Of a stretch of 64,000 nucleotides of DNA, positions 52,885 through 62,841 are shown piece by piece. The notes beneath the pieces were generated by a model, which worked only from the letters and a program-made list of their open reading frames with translations, made no database searches and had not been told where the DNA came from. The position numbers were made by a program, and so were the translations under genes. The first letter of the stretch is position 1, and each line of letters opens with the position of its first letter. The DNA comes from Sodaliphilus sp. (GTDB taxonomy: Bacteria > Bacteroidota > Bacteroidia > Bacteroidales > Muribaculaceae). The stretch lies in contig JBGUKK010000127.1 of NCBI GenBank assembly GCA_045114435.1, positions 10,533-74,532 on the forward strand, written 5' to 3'.

Positions 52885-52934
52885 TGTTTACCGCCGGGCG
52901 ATGCTAATCACCATGGCGCGTGTGTGGCCTGAGG

Positions 52935-53738
52935 TCAATTCTCGAGCACCAGGGTGATGAGGTAAATCACATCACTGATGTTGACCTGTCCGTCGCCATT
53001 GACGTCGGCAGCTGCGGGTGGCGTGTCGGAGTTAAGCAGGATGTTGGAAAGGAGTACCACGTCGCTGATGTTGACCTGTCCGTCACCATTGACATCACCG
53101 ATCAAATATCCAGTCAAGACAATCCAGGAGTAGTTGTCACGCTGCCTGCACAGCCAGTACTTGCTGCTGGCGACCGTAATCTGGTCCGCGGTGATTGCAT
53201 TGCCCTCGTCGGTGTCCCACAGGACATTCAGTGTGCCCATGTCCGTGGCCGAGCGCGTGGGCAGACTGTTCACCAGCGTGGTCATGCCCGAACCGGTGAT
53301 TCTGTTCTGATAAACAGAAAGCGTCTTCAAGGCGCTACAACCCTGCACGTTGAGCGAGGCCAGGCTGGTACAATAGCTGCAGTCCAGCGTGGTGAGGCTG
53401 GTGCAACCGCTCAGGTTGAGCTGAGTGATCGGGTTGTTCTGACAATCGAGTCTCTGCAGAGCTGTGAGCAACTCCACGCCCTTCATGTTGTAGATGTTCT
53501 TGCTGCTCACGGTCAGTGAAGTCAGGCTGTTTACCTCGTCCTGCGTCATGTAGCCCTTGGGATAGAGACTGTTCATATAGACACGCAGGTTGTAATCGGG
53601 AAAGTTGTTCTGGTCCAGCATCAGGTTATACCTGTTGTTGACATTGGTGTCGTTGCCAGACTGGTCATAATCAGTCGCGGCGTGGACGCTCACGGCGGCC
53701 AGCAGGACTGTCATCAGTAGTAGTAATAGCTTTTTTAT
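52935..53738 (-). CDS. Secreted leucine-rich repeat protein with C-terminal dockerin
   Basis: FPDYNLR cap, LxxLDCxxN-type LRRs, two DVNGDGQVNISDV segments; the signal peptide extends to an ATA at 53736-53738 (first ATG at 53714). Confidence 0.8.
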   Translation of the reverse strand: MKKLLLLLMTVLLAAVSVHAATDYDQSGNDTNVNNRYNLMLDQNNFPDYNLRVYMNSLYPKGYMTQDEVNSLTSLTVSSKNIYNMKGVELLTALQRLDCQNNPITQLNLSGCTSLTTLDCSYCTSLASLNVQGCSALKTLSVYQNRITGSGMTTLVNSLPTRSATDMGTLNVLWDTDEGNAITADQITVASSKYWLCRQRDNYSWIVLTGYLIGDVNGDGQVNISDVVLLSNILLNSDTPPAAADVNGDGQVNISDVIYLITLVLEN

Positions 53739-54014
53739 AATTCTATCCTTTGCCTCCTCAGTCCCTCGAAGTTGGCGATTAAAACGTCAATGAGTCCAAG
53801 AGCGCAGGGACTTGGTTTGTCGCAGTCAGGTGCCCCCGGCATGGCTAAAACGCGCTTTTGTCTGTTATCTGAATCGTATGTCTTGATCTTAACGATGACA
53901 AGGCCAGCCCATCACCCGCACGCTGCAAACATACGTAATAGTCTCAAAATAAGCAAAGAAAACTGGTACAAAAAAAAACGATTTTAGGCTTCAGGCGCCA
54001 GGTGACAACAGTCC

Positions 54015-54042
54015 CCTAAAACCTAAAGCCTAAAACCTAAAA
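54015..54042. repeat. CCTAAAA heptamer x4
   Basis: cctaaaa cctaaag cctaaaa cctaaaa. Confidence 0.8.
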
Positions 54043-54066
54043 ATCTAATACCTCTTGTTCCGCTAA

Positions 54067-57000
54067 TCAGTTAGTGGCCTTGAGGGGGTCAAGCACGATG
54101 AGCTTGTTGATAGACGTGCCGCCATAGTTGATGCCGTCGTTGTAGGTACCGAAGTAGCGGTACAGGCCGGCAGGCACCTTGTTGCCCTGCATGTCTCGCA
54201 TGTCCCAAGCCACGGGGAAGGTCGTGGTGGTCTTCTTCCAGACGAGATTACCGGTGGCATCGGTCACGCGCACGATCACCTCGGGCGAGCTGGTCAAGTC
54301 GGTCGTCATGTCAAAGTTGACACTCTGGTTGAGGTAAGCCGGATGAGCATCGGTGGTGAGTTCTACCGACCCACTCTGTCCCACCATGAAGGTGATGGTG
54401 CGCTCGGCGCTGTTACCCACCATGTCATAGACTGTGTAAGTCAACGTGTGGAGTCCCTCGGACAGGTTGGAGAGCGGGAACTCGATGTTCACCGTCTTGC
54501 CCTCGTTATAGCTGGTCACATAGCTGGTCACATCCTGATAGGAGGGCTTGCCGTTGTCGAGGACGAGCTTCATGCTGTTCTCCATCGAGTTGGGCTGAAC
54601 GTTGATGCCGTAGTCGTCGGTGGCCGTGATGTAGAGCATCGAGTAGGTGCCGACGGTGGCACCATAGGCGAAGCTCTGCTCGTCGTTGATATACATGTTG
54701 GTAACGACAGGGCTCTGAGTGTCGTTAAGGGCCATGTGCTGGTCATAGGGGAGCATCTTCACCCTGTTGCTGAAGCCGTTGACCATGTAGTCGCTGCCGT
54801 CTTTGTGGGCATACACTCGCAGGAGCACCATCTCGTTGCTGGCCTTGGGCGACTTGGGAACGATGACCGAACCGTTGAACACGCCGTTCACGACTCGTCC
54901 GGTGAGCTCGGTGAGCTTGTCACGATTGAAGTAGATCTTGCGGCTGACGCTTATTCCGCCCACTGTGGAGTTGACGGTGGTGAACAGGTCTTCCTTGTCA
55001 TAGAGCGTCATCGTCGCGTCGCCATTGAAGCTGGTGTCCAGGTTGCCCTCGGCATCCACCACATGGGCCACCACGTCAAACTTCATGAGCGGGCGCACCA
55101 TGGCGGTCTCGTTGGGGTCGGCCATCTCCGAGCCATTGATCTCGACAAGATTGAAACGCGAGATGGGATAATTGATCTTGATACCGGGGTCACCCAGCAG
55201 GAAGAAGGAGAGCTTGTTGGTGTTAGACGAGGCGAAACCGAGCTTGGACTGCATGTAGGCCTCACCCAGCGTGGGCAGTGCTCCCGTGATGGAGTCACGG
55301 TTGAAGAAGGCCTTGATGAAGAAGGTGTTCAACTTGTCGTTATCGCCGGCGTAAACCATGCGGGAGCTGGTGAGCATCGCGATGGCGCCACCGTCACGCT
55401 TGTGGAACATCAGCTCGGCGATACCGCGGCTGTCGCCATCGAAGTGGGCCACATCGCAGCATGCCGTGGACATGATGGGCCAGTGGCTGTAGTTGGTGCG
55501 GACAACGTCGCCGGTAATCCACATGTTGTTACCCTTGGTGAACGAGATCGGGCCGGCATGGCCGACGTAGGTAGCAAAGTACAAACCGTTCTTGAGCTGG
55601 TTATTGATCATCTGCTTGGCCTCGGTAGCCGTCTTGCGGGTCACGTCGGCCACAGCGGGCTCGTTGTTGGAGCGGGCATACTGGGAGTTGTGCACGGTGG
55701 TGACATGCATTCCGGTTCCCAGCTCATTGTCAATCAGGTTCTTGTAACCCTCACCCTGGAACATATACACGCCCAGGTCAGGGCTGTCGCTCATGACCAT
55801 GGTGTTGTTGCGCCACACGCCGTAATCGGGATTGGCGTAGTAGTCCACGAGCTTGTCAACATCGCTCTTGGCCTCCTCGAGGTCACCCGAGGTGATGCGG
55901 CCCACGCCGATGCGGAGCTTCTCGCCCGAGATGTTGGAGCCGGAATTGTCGTCCATGAAGCCAAAGAAGTCGTCGCTGGTGTAGGAGTAGTCCTCATAGT
56001 TACTGTTGTCGCTCTCGTAGGTGAGCAGCGTGCCCGGGTGTTCACCCATCAGCTCGCGGTTGTCATAGGTGCCCGTGCCGAAGAGCAGCAGGTTCTTAAA
56101 CTTGCCGGCGCCGCGGTCATAGAGCATCTTGCACAACAAGCGGTAGGCCATCGCGTCGCGCGTGCCGCTGGAGAACTCGTTGAACACCTTGTCCTGGTCA
56201 ACAACGGCAACGCTGATGCCGTCAACTGCCATGTGCAGGTCGGCAACGCGCTGGGCCTGCTCGTGGAAGAGCTTGTCGGTGATGATGAGCATGTCGGGGA
56301 CAGCCATGCCGTGGAGGTTCTGGTTCTCGACGGGCTCATAGCTGAGGATCTTCTTCAATGTCTTGGCAGGGTCAAAGGCAATGTACTTGGACGTGGTGGC
56401 GCTGGTCGAGTAGAAGGCCAGGCCCTGGCCGCTCTCGTCATTGTAGGCGGTCGTCTGTATCTCGGCAGGGTTGTTGGTGCTGTTGATGTTCCACACCACA
56501 GTGGTGGGCGACGCGTTAGGCAGCATGAAGCGCTCATTGCCGCGCGTTGCGGCAAATCCCATCAGCAACTGGTTGTCGTCTTCCTCCCTGATGATGTTGC
56601 GACGCTTGTAGGTCAAGATAAAGTAGTCGAGGCGCGCCATGTTGATTGTGGCGTCGGTCTCCTGAGCCGAGAAGCGCAAGTAGGGCTCGTACTGTCCATG
56701 CTCGGCTGGCGAGGTCAACTTGAGCATTCCCGAAGGGGAAGCGTAGTTGTAGAACACATACACACTCGAGGGTGAGTAAATGCGTGAAATTGAAGCAGCA
56801 TAGTTGGTCGTGTCGGTGACACCGCCGCTGTGCAGGATTCCCGTGGCATAGGAGATCTTGGTCGCGTTGGCCGCGATGACACTCTGGACAACGAGTGAGC
56901 TGTCGGCGAGGTCGGGCAGGTAATAGTCAACAAGCAACTGGCCGTTAGAGAAGTCCTCACCCAGCATCTCCTTACCCGAGCTGGTAACCGACGACATCTC

Positions 57001-57528
57001 ACGCTCGTGATAGAAATAGTTGAGGCTCACGGGCATATCGACATAGTTGGTCACCGTCACCTTGGCCTTCTTGGCGGGGACCATGTCGCCATGGCTGCTC
57101 TCGCTCAGGAAGTAGCAACCCACCTGTGAGTAGGGATTGAAGACGCGGGTGAAACGCGGTGTCGTGTTGTAATCACTGATCGAAAAACTGATCGGGCCAT
57201 TGCAGTAGAAGCAGATCTTGTTGTTAGTGCGCAGGATGGGCACACCCCTCAAGTCATCAATGGCCGAGCCATTCATCACCTCACTGATCTTGGCACCGCC
57301 GGAGCCATAGACATTGACACGCTCGGGATTGGCGAAACCCATCTCACGAAGCTCGTCATAAGTGATTTCATACATACCATTCTCGGGAATGCTGATTTTC
57401 ACCCATTTGCCCGTGGCGAGCTTGGATGTTGTCGCATAGTTCGAGAGGCTGAATGCGCTGGCAGTACTGGTGCAGAAGATGGCCAGCATTGCCGCGCAAG
57501 CGAGTTGAAATTTTGTCAATTTACGCAT
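54067..57528 (-). CDS. porU: PorU-like T9SS sortase (C25 gingipain-like domain), divergent paralog
   Basis: VFNEFSSG, DDFFGFMDD, YVGHAG (His), TACCD (Cys), GGAIA, LLGDPG; C-terminal CTD with WDMRD..GNKVPAGLY. Confidence 0.85.
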   Translation of the reverse strand: MRKLTKFQLACAAMLAIFCTSTASAFSLSNYATTSKLATGKWVKISIPENGMYEITYDELREMGFANPERVNVYGSGGAKISEVMNGSAIDDLRGVPILRTNNKICFYCNGPISFSISDYNTTPRFTRVFNPYSQVGCYFLSESSHGDMVPAKKAKVTVTNYVDMPVSLNYFYHEREMSSVTSSGKEMLGEDFSNGQLLVDYYLPDLADSSLVVQSVIAANATKISYATGILHSGGVTDTTNYAASISRIYSPSSVYVFYNYASPSGMLKLTSPAEHGQYEPYLRFSAQETDATINMARLDYFILTYKRRNIIREEDDNQLLMGFAATRGNERFMLPNASPTTVVWNINSTNNPAEIQTTAYNDESGQGLAFYSTSATTSKYIAFDPAKTLKKILSYEPVENQNLHGMAVPDMLIITDKLFHEQAQRVADLHMAVDGISVAVVDQDKVFNEFSSGTRDAMAYRLLCKMLYDRGAGKFKNLLLFGTGTYDNRELMGEHPGTLLTYESDNSNYEDYSYTSDDFFGFMDDNSGSNISGEKLRIGVGRITSGDLEEAKSDVDKLVDYYANPDYGVWRNNTMVMSDSPDLGVYMFQGEGYKNLIDNELGTGMHVTTVHNSQYARSNNEPAVADVTRKTATEAKQMINNQLKNGLYFATYVGHAGPISFTKGNNMWITGDVVRTNYSHWPIMSTACCDVAHFDGDSRGIAELMFHKRDGGAIAMLTSSRMVYAGDNDKLNTFFIKAFFNRDSITGALPTLGEAYMQSKLGFASSNTNKLSFFLLGDPGIKINYPISRFNLVEINGSEMADPNETAMVRPLMKFDVVAHVVDAEGNLDTSFNGDATMTLYDKEDLFTTVNSTVGGISVSRKIYFNRDKLTELTGRVVNGVFNGSVIVPKSPKASNEMVLLRVYAHKDGSDYMVNGFSNRVKMLPYDQHMALNDTQSPVVTNMYINDEQSFAYGATVGTYSMLYITATDDYGINVQPNSMENSMKLVLDNGKPSYQDVTSYVTSYNEGKTVNIEFPLSNLSEGLHTLTYTVYDMVGNSAERTITFMVGQSGSVELTTDAHPAYLNQSVNFDMTTDLTSSPEVIVRVTDATGNLVWKKTTTTFPVAWDMRDMQGNKVPAGLYRYFGTYNDGINYGGTSINKLIVLDPLKATN

Positions 57529-57595
57529 ATCTGTATGTTTAAGTTTTTTTCGGTTTCTACCTCCAAAAGATATTTTATTGTCCTGATGATGATAC

Positions 57596-58171
57596 TCACA
57601 GTTTCACTTTCACATCCAGCAACGGACGGTCGCCCAGGCTGGCGCTCAAGTGCATCCCTGCCGACAGTGGCACCGCCGGAGCGGCATCACCGGTGAACAG
57701 CAGGTCACCCATCTTGATGCTGCAACGCGTGCTCACGGCAGCCACCATCTCGTCGAGAGGCCAGGTCATGTCGGCCAGGCAATGACGGGCCACAACAGTG
57801 TCATCCACCTTGAACTCGACCAGCGCCTGCATGGGGTCCTGGATATCGGCGACTGGGATCCAGTCGCCCACAACAGCTGCGCCGTCAAAGGCTCGGTCCA
57901 ACGCCGTCAAGCGCCCATCGACATCTTCACACGCCACCACATTGAACCCTGCGGTCAGGGCATCCCAGTAGCGGTGGGCGAACTTGGGTGCCACACACTT
58001 TCCCAGCCGCCCCATGCGCACCACAATTGATGGCGATGCCATGAACCTGCCGGCAAAGTCGGGGACAAAGAAAGGCCTGCCGGTGTACAGTATCGCTGAA
58101 TCGGTCATGAGGTAGCCCATGGGGGCGCCCTCGACAGAGCCATAATTTCCAGTGAAACCGATGACCTTCAT
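57596..58171 (-). CDS. Fumarylacetoacetate hydrolase family protein (possibly catalytically degenerate)
   Basis: PFFVPDF, RLGKCVAPKFAHRYWD, IKMGDLLFTG; downstream of rex. Confidence 0.8.
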   Translation of the reverse strand: MKVIGFTGNYGSVEGAPMGYLMTDSAILYTGRPFFVPDFAGRFMASPSIVVRMGRLGKCVAPKFAHRYWDALTAGFNVVACEDVDGRLTALDRAFDGAAVVGDWIPVADIQDPMQALVEFKVDDTVVARHCLADMTWPLDEMVAAVSTRCSIKMGDLLFTGDAAPAVPLSAGMHLSASLGDRPLLDVKVKL

Positions 58172-58205
58172 CTTTCTCTCACTTGTATCGTGTCAAGCAG
58201 TGCCG

Positions 58206-58874
58206 TCAGCCCTGCTTGGATTCGTTATTGGTGTTCTGCATCCTGTTATAGATGATTGCCAGGTGAGCATAGATTGACGTGTTGGCAATCACGACAGTCT
58301 CGGGGGCCTTGATGCGGTAGGGCGTGAAATTCCACAGCGCCGTCATGCCACTGGCGATTGCCAGATCGGCTATCTCCTGGGCACGCGGAGCCGGCACGGT
58401 GAGGATGGCAATCGACACATGATGCTCCTGCTGCCAGGCCGCCAGCTCATTGACGTCATAGACCGGCAGGCCGCCAAGGTACTGACCGATAACCTCGCTG
58501 CGCACGTCAAAACCCGCTACAATATTCAAGCCGTAGTGCTCGAGTCCGTGATCCTGCATCAGGGCTGTTCCCAGGCTACCCGTGCCGATGACCACAGCGT
58601 CGTGCTGGTCGTTGAAACCGAGGAAGTCCTCGAGCTCTCTCACCAGACTGGCCACCTCATAGCCGATGCGCGTCTTACCGCGAATGTTGAGAAACGACAG
58701 GTCCTTGGCAATCTGGGACGACTGCACATTCAACTCCTTGGAAATCTGCGTCGATGAGACATACTCGACATGAAGATTATCGAGCATTTTCACATAGGAC
58801 AGATACCACGGGAGCCTCCTGATAGTAGGCTCCGGCAGTATAATCCGGCTCTCAATATTCTTGGCTCTGTTCAT
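58206..58874 (-). CDS. rex: Redox-sensing transcriptional repressor Rex
   Basis: PTIRRLPWYL, QIAKDLS, GKTRIGY, GTGSLG, WNFTP; ATG 58874 preferred. Confidence 0.96.
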   Translation of the reverse strand: MNRAKNIESRIILPEPTIRRLPWYLSYVKMLDNLHVEYVSSTQISKELNVQSSQIAKDLSFLNIRGKTRIGYEVASLVRELEDFLGFNDQHDAVVIGTGSLGTALMQDHGLEHYGLNIVAGFDVRSEVIGQYLGGLPVYDVNELAAWQQEHHVSIAILTVPAPRAQEIADLAIASGMTALWNFTPYRIKAPETVVIANTSIYAHLAIIYNRMQNTNNESKQG

Positions 58875-58996
58875 CGTATAATGATGCAATTAACCGACAA
58901 ATTTACCTCAAATTTTTGAACGCAAAGCAATCTACACATTATTTTATTGTAATTGGCACTCTTTTTAACAAATGTTATGGCTTTGTGCCCTAACGG

Positions 58997-59112
58997 GTAA
59001 CTGTTCAGCGAACAATCTCTCGCTGAGCCGCTAAGGCTGCCAGGCTTCGGCTGCCAGTAGCATCCGCCTATAACTCAAAGCCTGAAAATGGAGATGAGCT
59101 GTGCTCATCTCC
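58997..59112. repeat. Dispersed degenerate element, copy C, with a 10-bp hairpin
   Basis: GTAACTGTTCAGCGAAC-AATCTC...GCCGCTAAG; GGAGATGAGC-TGT-GCTCATCTCC (59090-59112). Confidence 0.55.
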
Positions 59113-59158
59113 ACTCCACGTTCTCTCCTCGATGTGAGGAAGTTATATGTCATGTCGC

Positions 59159-62100
59159 TTATTCGCCAGCGACAGCAAGTTTCTTGGACCGGGTGGCCTC
59201 TTTCACGCCATCGGTCGAGATGGTGGCGCGATAGACATAGATGCCGCGCGGCACGCGTCGACCGCCAGAGTCGGTGAGATCCCAGGTGACGGGTGTTGAG
59301 GTGTACATGTCGCTGCGTCCGGCCTGGGTGGTGCTCCACACCATGCGCCCCATCAGGTCATAGACCTCGATCGTGACACTCACAACGGCATCGGGGCGGT
59401 TGTGCTTGACATAGAAGGACGTCTCGACGCTGGCGGGATTGGCAGCGCAATACACATCGGCGATCTCGGGTGCCAGGCCGTTAACGACGTTGAAGGTGAT
59501 GGTCTTGTCGCTCACGTTGTTATACACGTCCCACACGCGCAGGCGCAACGTGTGCAAGCCGGGAGACAAGTCGCTCAACGGGTAGCTGATGCTGCCCAGG
59601 GTGCCCTGCTCGGCAAACATGGGCGTGTAGTAGCCCACCAGGTCATTGTAGCTGATGGTGCCGTCGAGCGTGAGCGTCATGCTGTGGCCGATGCCTGCCG
59701 AGGAGAAGTTCACGCCGCTCTCATCGCGCACGGTGGCAAGCAGCAGGGGCGACTCGTTGACGTCGCCGCCATCGACATAGTTCACATCGTTAAGGCCCAT
59801 GGTGATGATTTCCGGCCCGATGGTATCGGTCACTTCGTCATCCTCGTAGCCATAGATGTAGAAGTCACTGTTGGAACCCTTGGCTTCAAGGGTGTCACGG
59901 CTGTCGTAGGCATACAGATTGATCATCGACGGGCGATAGTTGTCATACTCGTTGTTGACCTCGCTGGGGATGATGACACGCACCCGGAACTCACCTCCGA
60001 CAACGGTATCCATCGTGATGGCCAAGCGGTTGGAGCGCTCGTCATAGGTGTAGGGGGCGCCGCCCATGTCACCGTAGCCATGAGTCGAAACCGACTGCTC
60101 TGGACCGAACAGTGTCGAGACGATGGCGCCATTGAAACCGCTGGCCAGCTCACCCTTGATGTCATAAATCTTGCCGCTGAATTCCACCTGCTCGCGGGCC
60201 TTAAAGACCGGCATGTTGTCAGGATCCACAGGCTTGCCGTTGATGGTCTCGACCCGTGCGCTATAGGGAGCCCAAGCCAGGCGCATCGCCGGGTCACCGT
60301 AGCAGAAGTAGCGGCGGTTATTGTCGATTGTCGCGTAGATATCATTCTTGGCCAATCGCAGGATGTCACCGATGCGACGCGGCTTGCCGCTCTCATCAGG
60401 AGAGAACACATACTTGCCAATCGTCTTGCTGAGCACGCCGTTGTTGGTGATATAGGCCAAGCGAGCAGGACACAGCAGTGCGATAGCTCCGCCGTTGGCA
60501 TTCAAGAAGATGCGCTCGCCCGACGAGAGGACCGAGTTGTCAAAACGGGTGTACTCGCACGTGGCGGCATACAGCACCGGCAGGTGGCGGTAGAAGAGCT
60601 GCGTCTCGACGTCGGAACGCATCATCAAGCCCTCACCCGTCCAGTTCTGGGTGCTGGCGTGGCCGATGTAGTTCCACCACAGCGCACCCTCGTTCAACGT
60701 TGTGAACATCTTCTTGCGGGCATCGGGATAGGAGCGGGAGCCGCCGTCGCTCACGGCGTTGAAGGCATCAGTATAGACATTGGTGTACATCGCGCCGCTG
60801 CCACCATATTCCCTCATGACGCTGTCCATCTTGTGGGACTGGTCCATGTGGATGCCGCCGTTCTCATCGTCGGCGACAAGGAGCACCTGGTTCTTCCAGG
60901 CTCCATAGGTGGGCTTGGTGACGTATTTCACGAGCTTATTGACCACCGTGCGTGCTTCGCTGACGTTCTTGACAATCATGCGTCCCACCGAGATGTTCAT
61001 CTTCTCGTTGATATCGATTCCCATGTCATCATCCAGCACACCGAAATAGTCGTCGCTGGTGATTGAGCTGCCGTCATTGGCACTCTCGGACGTCTGCCAG
61101 GTCAACAGACGCGGGTAGTTCAGTGCATTGGCATCGGTGCCTATCAAGCGGTTGTCATAGCTGCCGCAACCCATCAGCAACAGGTAACCTAACTTGTGGC
61201 CGTCCTCGCTGGCGCCGCGGTCGTAGAACATCTTGCACAGCCTGCGGTAGGCCATCGCGTCATGCGTGCCGCTAGAGAACTCGTTGAAGACCTTCTCGTG
61301 ATCCAGAACGAGCACCCTGAAGCCGTCACACTTCTCGTGCAGCTCGGCGACACGACGGGCCTGCTCCAGATAAGCGCTGGGAGCAAGGATTATCATGTCG
61401 GGGACAGGCTCACTGTGGATGTCCTGGTTATCCACATCGCCCAGAAGCTCGGGATGAGGAAAGACCGCCGATTCATCAAAGGCCACAAACTCATGTCGGC
61501 CGTCGGTGACGGGAGAGAAGGTGACCGTGCCGTCGCCCGATTTCGTCTTCAGCTCCAGCGGGGCAAAGGGAAGGGTGACGTCCCACACATGGGTCGCCGA
61601 GCCACAGCCGCTGATGCAGTAGCTCGTGGTAGCTCCGGAATTGTGGATGCCGAAGGTGAGTTTGCCGTTCTTGAGTGCCAACTGGCGCTCATAATTGACG
61701 GTAATATAATCCAGCCTGGCCATGGTCACGGAGCCACTGCTGGAATAATTGAGGCCATAGTTCAGGTCGGTTGTGCCGTCGAGAGTGAACGTCTTTACCG
61801 AACGGCCGTACTGATAGTGGTCATGTCCCACACTGCTGCCAAGGACGTCGGTGTTGGTGACGGACAGGGCAGTGCCATTATAGCTGTGGTTGATCGTGCT
61901 CGACACCTTATCGGGCGTCGTGGCGCCAAAAGCGGTCAATACCTTGACGTCCTTGCCGGCAACCATGTTGTCGAGAGTAAACTTGAAGGTCTGGCTGCGC
62001 TGCGACTTGAAGTCCTCACCCAGGAAGATGCGTCCGGTCTCGCCGGGGTTGACGATGTCCAGCTCGTGATAGAGGCGTTCGATATAGGTCGTCACGACGC

Positions 62101-62587
62101 TGCCGGTCGGTTCATGGTCAGACCGGGTAATCTCAACGTCGTTGAAGCGGCTGTCATTGGTGACAAAATAGCTGCCCGAGTTGGCATACGGGTGCTGCAC
62201 CTGCAGTTGCTGGATAGTGGCACTGAGGCGACGCCAGGTCGTGGGACCCTGGGCATAGAACAGGATGCGGTCACCAGCGCGCACAACGGGCATCTGCGGC
62301 AGGTCGTCGGCATAGTTGTCTCCACTCATCGTCTCGCTCAAGGGCGCTCCACCATAGCCAAACACATGAATCTTGGACAAGTCATTGCCCAACCCCCAAC
62401 TGCGGATGTCGTCGGCAGTAATCTGGTAGATGCCGCTCTCGGTCACGGCAATCTTGACCCACTGCCCGGTGGCGAGTTTGCTCGACTCGGCATAGTACTC
62501 CTTGTCCAGAGCGCTTGCTGAAAGAGTGCAATAAGCAGTCAGCAAAACGCACATGGCAAAACGGACAAAATATTTCATCATCTTCAT
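59159..62587 (-). CDS. porU: Type IX secretion sortase PorU (canonical-looking paralog)
   Basis: VFNEFSSG, SDDYFGVLDD, NYIGHAS, ATCEYTRFD, GDPAMRL, SAGIGHS, LRVWDVYNN; CTD with WDLTDSGGRRVPRGIYVY. Confidence 0.92.
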   Translation of the reverse strand: MKMMKYFVRFAMCVLLTAYCTLSASALDKEYYAESSKLATGQWVKIAVTESGIYQITADDIRSWGLGNDLSKIHVFGYGGAPLSETMSGDNYADDLPQMPVVRAGDRILFYAQGPTTWRRLSATIQQLQVQHPYANSGSYFVTNDSRFNDVEITRSDHEPTGSVVTTYIERLYHELDIVNPGETGRIFLGEDFKSQRSQTFKFTLDNMVAGKDVKVLTAFGATTPDKVSSTINHSYNGTALSVTNTDVLGSSVGHDHYQYGRSVKTFTLDGTTDLNYGLNYSSSGSVTMARLDYITVNYERQLALKNGKLTFGIHNSGATTSYCISGCGSATHVWDVTLPFAPLELKTKSGDGTVTFSPVTDGRHEFVAFDESAVFPHPELLGDVDNQDIHSEPVPDMIILAPSAYLEQARRVAELHEKCDGFRVLVLDHEKVFNEFSSGTHDAMAYRRLCKMFYDRGASEDGHKLGYLLLMGCGSYDNRLIGTDANALNYPRLLTWQTSESANDGSSITSDDYFGVLDDDMGIDINEKMNISVGRMIVKNVSEARTVVNKLVKYVTKPTYGAWKNQVLLVADDENGGIHMDQSHKMDSVMREYGGSGAMYTNVYTDAFNAVSDGGSRSYPDARKKMFTTLNEGALWWNYIGHASTQNWTGEGLMMRSDVETQLFYRHLPVLYAATCEYTRFDNSVLSSGERIFLNANGGAIALLCPARLAYITNNGVLSKTIGKYVFSPDESGKPRRIGDILRLAKNDIYATIDNNRRYFCYGDPAMRLAWAPYSARVETINGKPVDPDNMPVFKAREQVEFSGKIYDIKGELASGFNGAIVSTLFGPEQSVSTHGYGDMGGAPYTYDERSNRLAITMDTVVGGEFRVRVIIPSEVNNEYDNYRPSMINLYAYDSRDTLEAKGSNSDFYIYGYEDDEVTDTIGPEIITMGLNDVNYVDGGDVNESPLLLATVRDESGVNFSSAGIGHSMTLTLDGTISYNDLVGYYTPMFAEQGTLGSISYPLSDLSPGLHTLRLRVWDVYNNVSDKTITFNVVNGLAPEIADVYCAANPASVETSFYVKHNRPDAVVSVTIEVYDLMGRMVWSTTQAGRSDMYTSTPVTWDLTDSGGRRVPRGIYVYRATISTDGVKEATRSKKLAVAGE

Positions 62588-62841
62588 CTTCTGTTTTTAT
62601 TCTCTATCTAAGCCACGCAAGTTGTTAACTTGCTCACTGTTTAATGGTTAAAGATTAATGACTTGCAGACAACAATTCAGGAGATTTTCCAAGAAATCCC
62701 AAGTCAGGCAAGAAACCAAATTCCTTTAACCATTAGCCTTCAAGTCTCTGATGCAGTTGTACGACCTCAAAAACTTGAATTTATTTTATACCTTTATAAC
62801 GTGAAGTGCCGCCCTTTATTGCATTGCACGGCAGCAGACTT

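Noticed and set aside
53760-53940. Leader of the LRR-dockerin gene as a possible riboswitch
   Set aside because: Only 5-6-bp helices and no match to aptamer landmarks I recognise
54343-62521. Long plus-strand ORFs (810, 554, 441 aa) opposite the porU genes
   Set aside because: Antisense shadows without motifs
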